Below are positions 36,834 to 47,900 of a stretch of DNA of 64,000 nucleotides, in pieces. Both the position numbers and the translations under genes were made by a program. The notes below the pieces were generated by a model that saw nothing but the letters and a program-made list of their open reading frames with translations, was not told the origin of the DNA and ran no database searches. Source of the DNA: Yuukianura sp. NJ FZ-2021 (lineage: Eukaryota); NCBI GenBank assembly GCA_046563655.1, contig CM102283.1, positions 8,432,001-8,496,000 of the forward strand, read 5' to 3'. The number at the start of each line of letters is the position of its first letter. Position 1 is the stretch's first letter.

Positions 36834-38188
36834 ATGAACAGGAAATTGTTAAATACCATCAACATTGTCGTGTCAGTTGGACATACTCTGGGCCAATTCC
36901 CTTACAAATGGGACACTACCACTCAACAATTCTATTACTCCAGTACTTTTCAGTGGAAACTTAACCAGTTCTTGACCACTCCACATATGATTTTTATTAT
37001 TTATCAATTCGTTCATTCTGTCGCTAAGTTCAATCAGACTCTCCTGCTTTACATTCTCATGTCAATTTATATTTTAGTTTTTTCCTTTTTTTACGTATGC
37101 CACCTCACCATTTGTTTCAGGGACCAACGGAGTTTAAACTACATAAATGCCATGTTGGAATGTCACAGACAAATTCAGAGTAAGCCAATTTACACTTTTT
37201 ATAACCTAACATGCTAAGGATTCGTTACATGGTTGATTTCAGTCTGCAATAGAAAAACGGAGTTACTAAAGTAGCGGAAGTTTTTGCTACTTTATGCTAT
37301 CTGGATGTTCGTCTGTTTCCTACTACCAAAAAGTACTCGTCGTTGGACAAAAAAGTTATATGTTTACTTTGTGTTGGTTTTGCAGCTAAACTGGACGTTG
37401 ACCGGACAGACGGACAACACTGGCAGTTGATCTGTACATCGTTTATCCTGTTAATATTTGTTGCTTCGGCAGTGTCACCAATTGGTGTCGGTGTATTGAT
37501 CCTAACATATGGAAGTGATCTCGTTGTACTCGTTGCTCCAGTCTTGTTTCCAAAATTTCTCAAATTGGCAGCCGTTTTCCAATTTGTTGTTATCTTTGTA
37601 TTGAGCCAAATCGGCGTCTTCGCCGGAACTGTTGCGATTATTTTTATTTGTCGGACTCTTCGCTGTATTGCGGTACTGAGGAAACATTTAGCCTTGGCAG
37701 AAGATGAACTAAATAATCTCGTTACAGTCTTAGCTGCGTTCAAACATCTCACAATCATTGTCATTTTGTGGAATGAAGCTGTCGGTAGTGTCATTATAGT
37801 CACGACTGTAAATATTATGACTTCTTTAGCTTCAATCTCCTCAACACTGTACATAGGCTATAACAAATTACTAGATTTTCAAACAATTCTAACAACTAGT
37901 CTAGTAAGCATTGCATCAATGGTTTGTCTAATGTTATGCTACCATGAACTAGGAGATGTTAATCAAAGTTCAAGCAAATTCATTAAAACGTTTAGATTAA
38001 AAGTAATTAGATTAAGAATTAGGAGAGAAGACAAAGCTCTTGTGCAAAGATATGCCAACTCCCTTTGTCCAATGAAAATGGAAATAGGAAGTTTCGGGTA
38101 TTTTAAAAAACCAAACAGTCCGCAAATTATTACTCGACTTCTCTACTACACTACTAAAGGAATCATGATCTCAAAAAAACTTTTTTGA
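36834..38188 (+). CDS. 7TM chemoreceptor, copy 2 (close paralog of copy 1)
   Basis: Same phase-1 intron; near-identical segments with copy 1. Confidence 0.7.
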
Positions 38189-38653
38189 AAAAAGAAAAAA
38201 TTGTGTTGAAAAACTGGAAATTATATGTTGTTAAACTGATTACCTATCTTTTACGCTACAAAAATTTAGCACATTTTCGTAATAAAACTGGGCTCTATGT
38301 ACAAAAAAGGCAAGTATTAAAAAAATTGAACTAAACTTTTTTTTGGGTTGGCTCGGTCGCATTGGCAAGGAAAACAGACTTCAAGGTTCTCTGAATGTTG
38401 AATTTTTTAAAAAGTTGAAAAATTTATGGAAAAGTTTCAAAGCGGAAACCGTAGGTTATGCAAAACTCAAAAATTATTGGTTTTCCTTTTAAAATCTCCG
38501 GAAATATTTACAGCTCTACCCTATTTTTAATCCATTATCTGTCTATTTTCCAAAAAACGAAAACAAATTTTCAAATTGTCCACATTTCCATGTAGACTCT
38601 GCATATGTAAGCACATCATAACATAATAGGCTATCTACATCAAATAGATAACA

Positions 38654-40169
38654 ATGGATAGACCCCTAGCAACGGTTGTCAAGTACCTTACCTCTCTGTG
38701 TCACGTCATGGGTCAAGTGCCATATAAGTACAATCGTCAACGAAATTTTTACTACTGCAATTCTTGGCGGTGGGAATTGAACAAAGTTTTGAGCACTTTG
38801 AATTTTGGTTTTGTTGTTTTTCAATTTTTATATTCCATAACGCAGTTCAAAATAGGTTTCCATCTTTTCATTGTCCAATTCATTTACTGCATGTCAACAT
38901 GCCTTCAATACGTACTACACCTCATGCTGGTTTGCTACAGCCAAAGATGCTTAATATGTGTCAATACTATGTGCAATTACTATACATCAATCGACGGTAA
39001 GTTTGTGTACAAATGTTGTATAAAAGCAAAAATGTTTGTACAAAAGCAAATATTACTGTACCTTAACATGTTTAGACATGTTAGGTACATGTTAGTAGAC
39101 AATTTGTTAGACAATATGGGGGGAGATCACCTGCAAAAACATTTGAAAAAATCTGCAACGAAAAAAATTTTCTACGTCGACTTTATTTTTTGCAGCAACT
39201 GAAGAGTCGTTGCAGAAAAAAAAAGTCAATGCAAAAAAGTCGACGAAGAAAATTTTTTTCGTTGCAGATTTTTTCAAATGTTTTTGCTGGTGATCTCTCC
39301 CCATAAGACAATCAAAAATTTTGAATTCTTCTATGCTTTTAGATAATTTTGAGGTGGATCGAAAAAAGAGATATTTTTGGCAATCATTATGCTGCGTGAT
39401 TGCAGCAGTGACATCGTTAGGAATAGTCATCATTTGTCCTATGGGTGCCACCGTTCTAGCCTACAGATACACATCTCAAACTTTCGCTTTAGAAATCATT
39501 CCCTTTTTTGTGAGGCAAATTTCTCCAAATTTGTCCATACTTGCTTCAATATTACAATATGTTTTCTTCTGTGCAATACTCACTACTGTAATATTTACAA
39601 TAGTCATATACTCCCTATTTGTATTCTGGACACTTTATAATATTCACTTACTGCACAAACACTTCAAAACACACTATGAAGTGGAACTAACCAACATGGT
39701 AGTAGCTTTGTCCAGATTCAAAACAATCAGTATACTTGTACTTTTATGGAACGAAGTAGTAAGTGAACATGTACTCATTCTGGTAACTAATGAAGCTACC
39801 TGTGTTTCATCAATTTCACTAACTCTGTACATTGGATACCATCACTTACTTGATGTTCATACGATACTAACAACTGCTCTCGTAGGAATCGCCAGTACTA
39901 CTGGACTCACTCTACTCTATTATAAGTTAGGAGATGTTAACGAGTTGTCAAAAAAATTTATTGCCAAATTCCGACGAAGAGTAATTCATCAAATGCATTT
40001 AACCAAGCAAGATAGGATTCTGCTCCAGAAGTACGCTAATTCTCTGAATCAGCTGAAAATTCAGCTAAGATCTTTTGGGTTCTACAAGAAACCTAATAGC
40101 CTTAGAATAATTTCTAGACTACTGTACTATGCAACCAAAGGAATCATGATTTCTAAAAAGATTTTCTAG
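38654..40169 (+). CDS. 7TM chemoreceptor, copy 3 (more divergent)
   Basis: Same intron position (GACG|gtaag ... ttag|ATAAT); C-terminal LKIQLRSFGFYKKPNSLRIISRLLYYATKG. Confidence 0.7.
39115..39305. mobile_element. Palindromic (foldback) MITE in the chemoreceptor 3 intron
   Basis: About 70-bp near-perfect TIRs TATGGGG.GAGATCACC.GCAAAAACATTTGAAAAAATCTGCAACG...; flanked by direct repeat AGACAA. Confidence 0.8.
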
Positions 40170-40310
40170 AAAAATTTCAAAAATTGAAAGAAAAAATTAC
40201 TTTTTAAAAAATGTGTAAAAATTAAGGTTTAGGTGTGACCTTTGTATTCAGACAATTTAAAATAAATGAAAAATGGATAAAAATTTGATTAAAATAAAAT
40301 GTAATTTTTT

Positions 40311-42503
40311 TTATTTATGATTCGTTTGAATATGAATTGCTGGAGCTACTGAGTATTTTCTAAACAGACGACACACCTCTGTAACTGGCTTTTCAGAAAG
40401 TTCGAGTGCGTTGAGATCACAACGGGAGCCGAGCGGTCGATTTTTTGCGGAATGCAACCAGGTACGAGGATCCGGGGGAGGGTGGGCCGTAATCACCTCT
40501 ACTTCTCTTCGAATCACTTTGCAAAAATCGTCTAGTGGCTAGATTCAAAATTTCAGACTTTGAAAATTCTGAATTTTAAAATTTTTTAGTTTTTTAAAAC
40601 TTTTACCAAATCGTTGTCATCATATCCAAACGGGTTTTCAATTTCCCATCCAATACTGAGAATTCCCAGAAGACAAAATGAGCCCAGAGCGACGATTATG
40701 ATGGTCCACCAATGTAAATTTCCAACTAATTGGTACGGTAGAGACAACATGTACAGCCATACGGAATGATGAAGGTGCTAAAAAATGAAATTTTTCAAAA
40801 TTTTGAAAATTGATAACAGAATTTTCTAAATTTTAATTTCAGAATTTCATTTGAGTTTTTAGGTAGGCTTACGACAGAGTATGCTAAAGGAATTGGCGTT
40901 CTCAAAATCCGTTCAAAACTGGTGAGACAGTCGACCATTGCATTCAGTGCTACAAAAATTTCATAAAATGAAAACCAAAATAAAATTTTTAAATTTTCGA
41001 AATTTTGGTTTTTACAATTTGACATTGCCCCTACGATGAATCCTTCAGCCAATTTGTTATCTTGGATGTACGAGATGTAAGCAAGCAAGTAGTGCGAAAT
41101 TTCTATTGGAATCTGCGCAGTTAGAGGAACAAAAAAAGTTGAAAATTAATTTCCTTCATTTGTCATGCATAAATTAGAACTTGCTCTACTTATTTTTCAA
41201 AACAAGAAAAAACTTACATTCGTTGGAACCGGTATTTCGTATGCCTTCAATTTCTCCATTGATTTTTTCCTTGCGTAAGGAATGAAGTCATTTAGCATCA
41301 CTTCTTCCGGTAAGTTTTCATTAGAAGCTGATTGTATGTCCAGGGGCATCGTTGAAGCAGGCGTGGACAACCTTGGCTTTTAGTTTTTCATTTTTTGCAA
41401 AAAAACGATAATTAATAATTCAGAAATTGAATAATAGACACTTACTCAGCACTTTTAAACTACCTAACTACAAATTATATACTATAATATATATTTATAA
41501 TAAATATATATTTGTAATATTATAATATTACCAAGTGCCCAATCAAGCTGACAAGGTCTTCCGAATCATAGTCATACTCTTCACGCAAGTAATGTTTCGT
41601 TGCCGTCACAAAAGCCACGGCCAAATTAATTGCAGATTTCTTTTCAACTAAATCTTTCGATTCATAGCCTTTTACTCCTATCCAAATGTTTCTCGTCATC
41701 GTTCGAACGTGAACTGTCATAGTACTCTGCAAAATTTCAGAAAGAAAATTTCCAAAATTTGGACAAATTCTAAACAAAAAAAACTGTATAAAAGTCAAAA
41801 TTTCATACCCAGAGTTTTCTCCCCTCCCAATATCTGTAAAAATACAAATAAAGTAAAATTTTAGACAAGATTTATACAATTTTTAGCATAAAACTAAGTA
41901 TCTTAACCTTAAGTTTGTAAAGTTATTCAATTTTAACAGTTTCAAATTTTTTGGTAAAAAATGAAAAACGTTTCAAAAAATTAGATTTTTTTTTACAGTT
42001 TTTCAAAATTATGTTATGTTGTAACCTGTCGTAAGCGGAATTTGTTCTGAACGCCAGCAGAAGACCAACGACGACTCCGATAATTTGAATGAGTGACATG
42101 GGGAACTGGAGCCACTCCCAGTCAGCTAGTCTGACCAAACAAACTACCGTGGCAGCATACGCTGTAACCATGGCAACTTGCCACCAAATGTTGATAATCA
42201 CCGTCCCACGGAACCGGAACCACCACAGGTCAAACATTTCCAATCAATTGTTTTGACACTTCCAAATTTGGAAAAAACTTGAAAAATTTTGAAATTTCTG
42301 CTGGATTGGCTCACACACCTTTGGGAATTGATGTTTGTTGAAATTGATGTTTGGGAAGACTCTTGTAAAGTGGAATCATCCGAAAATTGCCTTGTTGTCC
42401 TTGTCCATGAGCCGGTTTTTTGAGGCTTCTCTGCAGCTTGTCTTAAAAATGCTAATCACAGACACAGTGCAGATATAAACCTCACGCCTTCCAGAAGATC
42501 CAT
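40311..42503 (-). CDS. UPF0187/YneE-type bestrophin-like anion channel (fungal/bacterial/plant type); start uncertain
   Basis: VVVGLLLAFRTNSAYDR|YWEGRKLW, KHYLR, FERILRTPIPLAYSVHL, EIENPFGYDDNDLPLDDFC; 9 or more exons. Confidence 0.85.
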
Positions 42504-44237
42504 GAGGTGTTTAATCGTTTTCCTAAATTTCAAATACTAAAGGTATGGTGTATGTACTAGCACAAGTATATGCTTCTATACTCATTTTTTTGCGAAAATT
42601 TGATAAAGTCGGAAAAACTACAAATGGTACTTTGTGGACAGTGGAAAGATACTTCAAACCTGATCGCCTCTATAGTAGTTCAATGAATCGATGATAGTAG
42701 AGTCTATAAAAACGCAGTTTAGACGATTAGTCACACTATTTCTACCCTACCAACATGGATTACTTCATTCTCAACATTCACGATTTTTCAAAATTTTGAA
42801 AATCATGATTCTCCCTAACTCCAAAATCTAAATACAGGTTTTTGCGAGGTCGATTTAGACTCAGCATTGTCAGTATCATAAAATTTTTCTGAAAATCGAA
42901 ATCCAGAAACAAGTTTTCTGAAAATTGGAAAACACAAAACAATAAATAAGCAGAATTCGTAAAAAAAAAAAAACTCCCGAAAAGTGCAAATCATCATCAG
43001 CATCTTGCTCAAAAAACCGAAATCCTAAACATTGTTGGAAAAATCCAAGTTCAAATCATTTTTATGACGGAATCAGAAGCAGGATGTGATGTGGTTAAAT
43101 TTTTTGAGAATGATCGGCAAAAAAATATATAGGTGATGCAGAAAATGTTTGTATCTCAAGGGCACTTTTTAGTACCAAAAGATTCAATTTCACTTTTTTA
43201 GCATTGGGTAAAGGGGTATCCCAAGAATTACGCAATAAATCCAAAGATGCTGGCAGTAGTTTTGTTGTTTTTGTAATGAATAAGCATATTGAATTAAGTG
43301 GTTTTGGCAGCATGAAGAAGCCACTTGTAACATGCGATCACTTCATTCCAACAACAATCCAGATCGCTTTTTTTATACTTTTTATACAAAACTGGATTTT
43401 TGACTTTGACATTCAACTTTTTTGTTGTTTGAAAAAACAATTTTACAATGCACGATGAGGCAGCAGCAGGATGTTTTTCCCCATAAATTTCTTTTGTAAT
43501 TCGACAATCAATTTTTAACCAGTCAGATCAACTATAGGAAATTTCCAAGAAAAAAAATTTTTTTTTTAAAGAAAACAGGAATTCTTGTCGAATTTTTTTT
43601 TGTCAACACATGAACATGGACACAACATAGCATCAAGTAGCTCGCGTTTTAAAACTTTTTTTTTGTTTAGTACAACTGATCACTCAAAAAAGTGTAAATT
43701 TTAAAATTTTAATTTTGAAATGCTCAAAGTCAAGGTAAAAAAAGTCAGAGTTCGACATAAGTAGGGTGCAAATGCTAAAAGGGCAAAAATCCTGACACGA
43801 GTATCCAAAAATTCAAAAAAAAAATTGATTTTCATTTCAACAAAAATTTCCGTTTTTGTGAGAATTAAAACTTGATGAGATGATGCTGTTTAGAAATTTT
43901 GGCATTACAAAAAGGTCAAAGATAGTACAGGAAATGTCTGCCTCCAGTCAATTACTAATTGGAAACACTTTGAATTGAATTGAAAAATAATTGTAAATCT
44001 GCTCAAAACGTTAGTTTTCATGTAACATGCACGGAGATTTCAATTGTTCAAAATTTCGGAAATCTAATCCGAAGTCTCCAATTTCCTGAAAAATTTCCTC
44101 TCTTTTGAAAAGTTACTGGCTATAAAACGTCGGTTCAACTTGACCACAAAAGCCTTCAACTTTTCAACTGTCTTTTTACCATTGACAAATCCTGAATTTC
44201 TATTGGTTAGAAGCAGCATTCCAGCATCGTGTCCAGC

Positions 44238-44788
44238 ATGAAGACTTCCGCAGCATTGTCCTTGGCCGTTATCGGCATCCTAATGATCGCAGCATCAGCC
44301 GTATGTCATAAAAATTTCAAAAATCAAATCCAAAAATTTCTCCCATTTCAAAAAATAGTTAATTAACTTTGGTTTTAATTAAAAAATAGAATAGCGCCGC
44401 TACAACCAAAGCTCCAAAAGTCAATTTGATGGACTGCGTTAAGAAATTGACGGGCGGTGAGAAGAAGTTGGAGAAGTCTTACGAAGATTGTCTCAAAACT
44501 GCTGCCAGCGACAGCAAATTGAATCTCAAAGATGCTGCCAGTTTGGAGAAGCACTGCCTGGGAGCAGCAGGAAAAACTTCGGGCGTTGCGACTGACAAGT
44601 TGTCAGAAGCTTTCAAGTGTGTGATGGGCGCTCTCAACGGCGGAGTTGACGACGTTTTTGCGAATTTGGCCAAAGCTGGCAAAGACATTGCCAAGAACTC
44701 CAAGGACTTTACGGACAAAATCTCCAAGGCTCTCGGTGGTTTCAAGATTGACGATCTGCTCAAAAACTTGAAACCAAAAGGAAACTGA
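44238..44788 (+). CDS. Small secreted helical protein with 4 Cys, unknown function; 2 exons
   Basis: TATAAAA at 44121; signal peptide MKTSAALSLAVIGILMIAASA|intron; GC-richer codon usage than flanks. Confidence 0.7.
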
Positions 44789-44992
44789 ACTTGACAAAAA
44801 GCTCAAATTTCATTACATTTTAAATTTAATTGCATAATTAAATTGAAATCATGAGAAATCAAGGGATATTTGAACATTCATTTTACAAATATTTTAAATT
44901 TGAAACTATAAATATTTTCCTCTTGCCCACAATACTACATTAAAATCATAACAAATGAAACCCATAAAGTTATAAAAGACTCCCGCAGATAT

Positions 44993-47900
44993 TTAAACTT
45001 TTCCGTCAACTTCCTTTTTAGTACTGGCAGTACTTTCCTTCGAGCCATCAGCAGCAGTAGTTGATCCATTGCTGGAATGTGCTGTTTCTTTTGCCGTCGA
45101 TTGACTTCTGCTCTTGACGTCAATGACACCCTTGATACGATCGAAGAATCTCTCCGATGCACGGCGAAAAGTTTCCAAATCGTCCTGTGAAATTCAAAAA
45201 CGATTTCTTTAGTCAATTCAACAGAAGTTCTTACTAAACCGCTGAAAAAGTTCTGTTTTTGTCCGTTTTTACCGCCTGCGTCTTGATTAGTGTTTCGGAC
45301 GATTTCGACGCTTCCTTGATTTTCGTGTAGTCAGACTTCCATCCGTCGCTAGATCGTTTCAAATCGGCTACTTGTAGCTGAGCATCAACTGTAACACAAA
45401 AATATTCTGTAACATACTTATTTGGACACGAATTGTCCGAATTCAAGTACTTTTACTTACTCAAGTTGTTCCTAAGTGCACTTAGGTTGGCTTCAAGGAC
45501 ACGGCACTCTGCCTCGTACTTTTCATTCTGCTCTTTCAATTTTCTGACATCAACGACAGTCCCATCGACCGGAACGAGAATAGATTCTTGTCCGGCAGCA
45601 TCAGAAGTCGAGCCTTCGGACTTCTTCGATTGGTATACGAACACTGGCAACAGGTTCGTGTTGTCTAGAATAACACAAAAACAACATTCTTAAAAAAAAT
45701 ACAAAGAACAAGACAAAAATTATCTTACCCGATGCTGTTGGAATTGTGTTCAGAATTTGTTGATGGACGTCGGAGCTGATTTGGTTGTCAGTCCACAAGT
45801 TGTAGTGAAAGTGGGACTCTTTTTCAAATAGTTTCTGCGTCACTTTGCGAGCCTATTTTGACAAAACAAAAAAGAACAAGCAGCGATTAGTAAAATTCTT
45901 AATTTTGAATTGTGGCTTTCCAAAGTTTTCACCTGAGCTCGTGTCAAATTAAGTCCAGAAATTAAACAAATTTCTTCAAAGTCCACTTCCTTGATATACC
46001 CACATCGACTTGTGTCGAAAAAAGTGAATGCCAGGAGAAGCAAATTATCAATCGTAGCTGAAGCAGAGTTAGGACGGGACGATTTTTTGACATCACTCTC
46101 CTCCAATGGTGATGATCGCTCCTTCCGATCCGATTTTCGGTTTTCATCGTCCTTCTTCATGTCTTTTGTCTTCTTTTCTTCAGAACCCGAAGACTTTCCG
46201 TTTTTCGCTTCATCTTTCTTGTCACTTTTCTCTTTTTCCTTATTTTTCTTGTCACTTCCATCCACTGCTGCTGCTGCTGGTGGAGCAATTTGATTTCGGA
46301 GAGCAGCTTCCTTGTAGATCTTGTAAGCAAAGTCACGTGCCAGCATTTCATTAAAAAATTCTGGACAAAAAATGAAAAACAAAGTAAAAATACTGCAAAT
46401 CTCCACTAAAATTAACAAATCCAGTCAACTTACCTGAGAACAGATTCACTTCAAACGACTGTTCTTTGACATCATGCACGCGATACTCGCGGATTGAAGC
46501 TAAACACATTTTGGAGCAATCGAATTCTTGTGTTTTTCCAGTTTGGAGTGGATGGACAATCAAGTGCGGTGTTTTGGGAAGTGAGAATCTCCGTCTCCAC
46601 ATTTCTTTTGTTTTCTCATCAGCATCTTCTGGAACCAACGGAACCAGCACATCCGGCAATGGCAGCTCTTGTTCGGGTTCAGCATCCTCAGCAGTATTGG
46701 TGTCACCCGAGTCATTTTTCGTTACATCAGATGCTGGAGGAGGCATGGCAGCAGCATCTGCTTTCTTGTTTTCATCATCTTCAGTTTTAATCGCAAGTTC
46801 TGAAGTCTCTGCTGCTCTGACTTCTGCTTCCTCCATGGCCTCTTCAGCACTTCTCTCAGCAGCAGCAATTTTTTCTTGTTCAATCGCTTCAACCAGCCGA
46901 GATTGAAGTTGGGCCTTCAAGCCCTTCGTGTTCAGACCACGAAGCGACAGCTCCTCCCGGAGTTTGACAACCTAAGAACGCAAATATTATACAAATATTG
47001 GCAATATTATACTGGAACAGTATATTATACTTGTTGACTTACATTGAGTTGCATCGGATCCAGTAGTGCTGTTTGACCTGCAGGAGTACTGACAGTACTT
47101 GTTTCTTTCTCGTTGGATGAAGACACGTTCAGGTCAGCGTCAGAATTTTTCAAATCATCGGAATTTTCAGGCTCGGCTTCGACCTTCACCTGAACTGGAT
47201 TCTCCGGCTCAGCCTAAATGAAAACCAACATTAATAAGATTATATCCTTTGCTCTCTTGTCCAAAACTGTCCAAAATGTGTGCTTAAGGACATCCAAAAT
47301 ACTTCAATTCGAAAATCAAGGGATAAGAAAGACAAAGGACAAGCACCAAATTCTTATCCAATTCGACGCCAAAACGTTTCTAAAAAACATCTACTAAAGG
47401 GAATATCGAAAGAGTTTATCTTAAATAAGAGAGAAGAAAAAGCAATCGTCATCAGCCACCACCTCCATCGTAAGAACTTCAGTCGAACCATCCGTCGTCA
47501 TCGTGTCGACAGCTACTGGGCCAGCATCAACAGTATCCAGTATCTCTCCGTCCTTCCTTTCAGTAGTTTCAGATTGTATCCGAACGGTATCCGATTGGTC
47601 CATCTCTACCACTGTTGAGTCTACTTCCATCGCCTCTGTCTCTGGTTGTACTGGCAATGGCTCAGCACTTTTTTCGTTCAACTTCTCCGCAGCATTGGGT
47701 TCTACTGCTGCTGGTGACGCCGGTTTCCTTGACTTGCGCTGTTCCTCAGACTCTCCCAGTGCCAGTCCATAAGCACGAACAGTATGTTTCCATTGGAGTT
47801 CCGACGGTACGCAAGTAGACAGATCCGGAATGAAGAACACGACAGTCTCCAGCACCCCATTGGTCCTCCGGTAGTACAATTCCATAAAACGATACCTAGG

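Noticed and set aside
41470-41528. Nearly pure A/T stretch
   Set aside because: Low-complexity intronic sequence in the bestrophin gene.
42520-44100. Short ORFs (42815-43012, 43095-43313, 43204-43458)
   Set aside because: F/K/I-biased translations of A/T tracts with no motifs or convincing exon structure; treated as intergenic.
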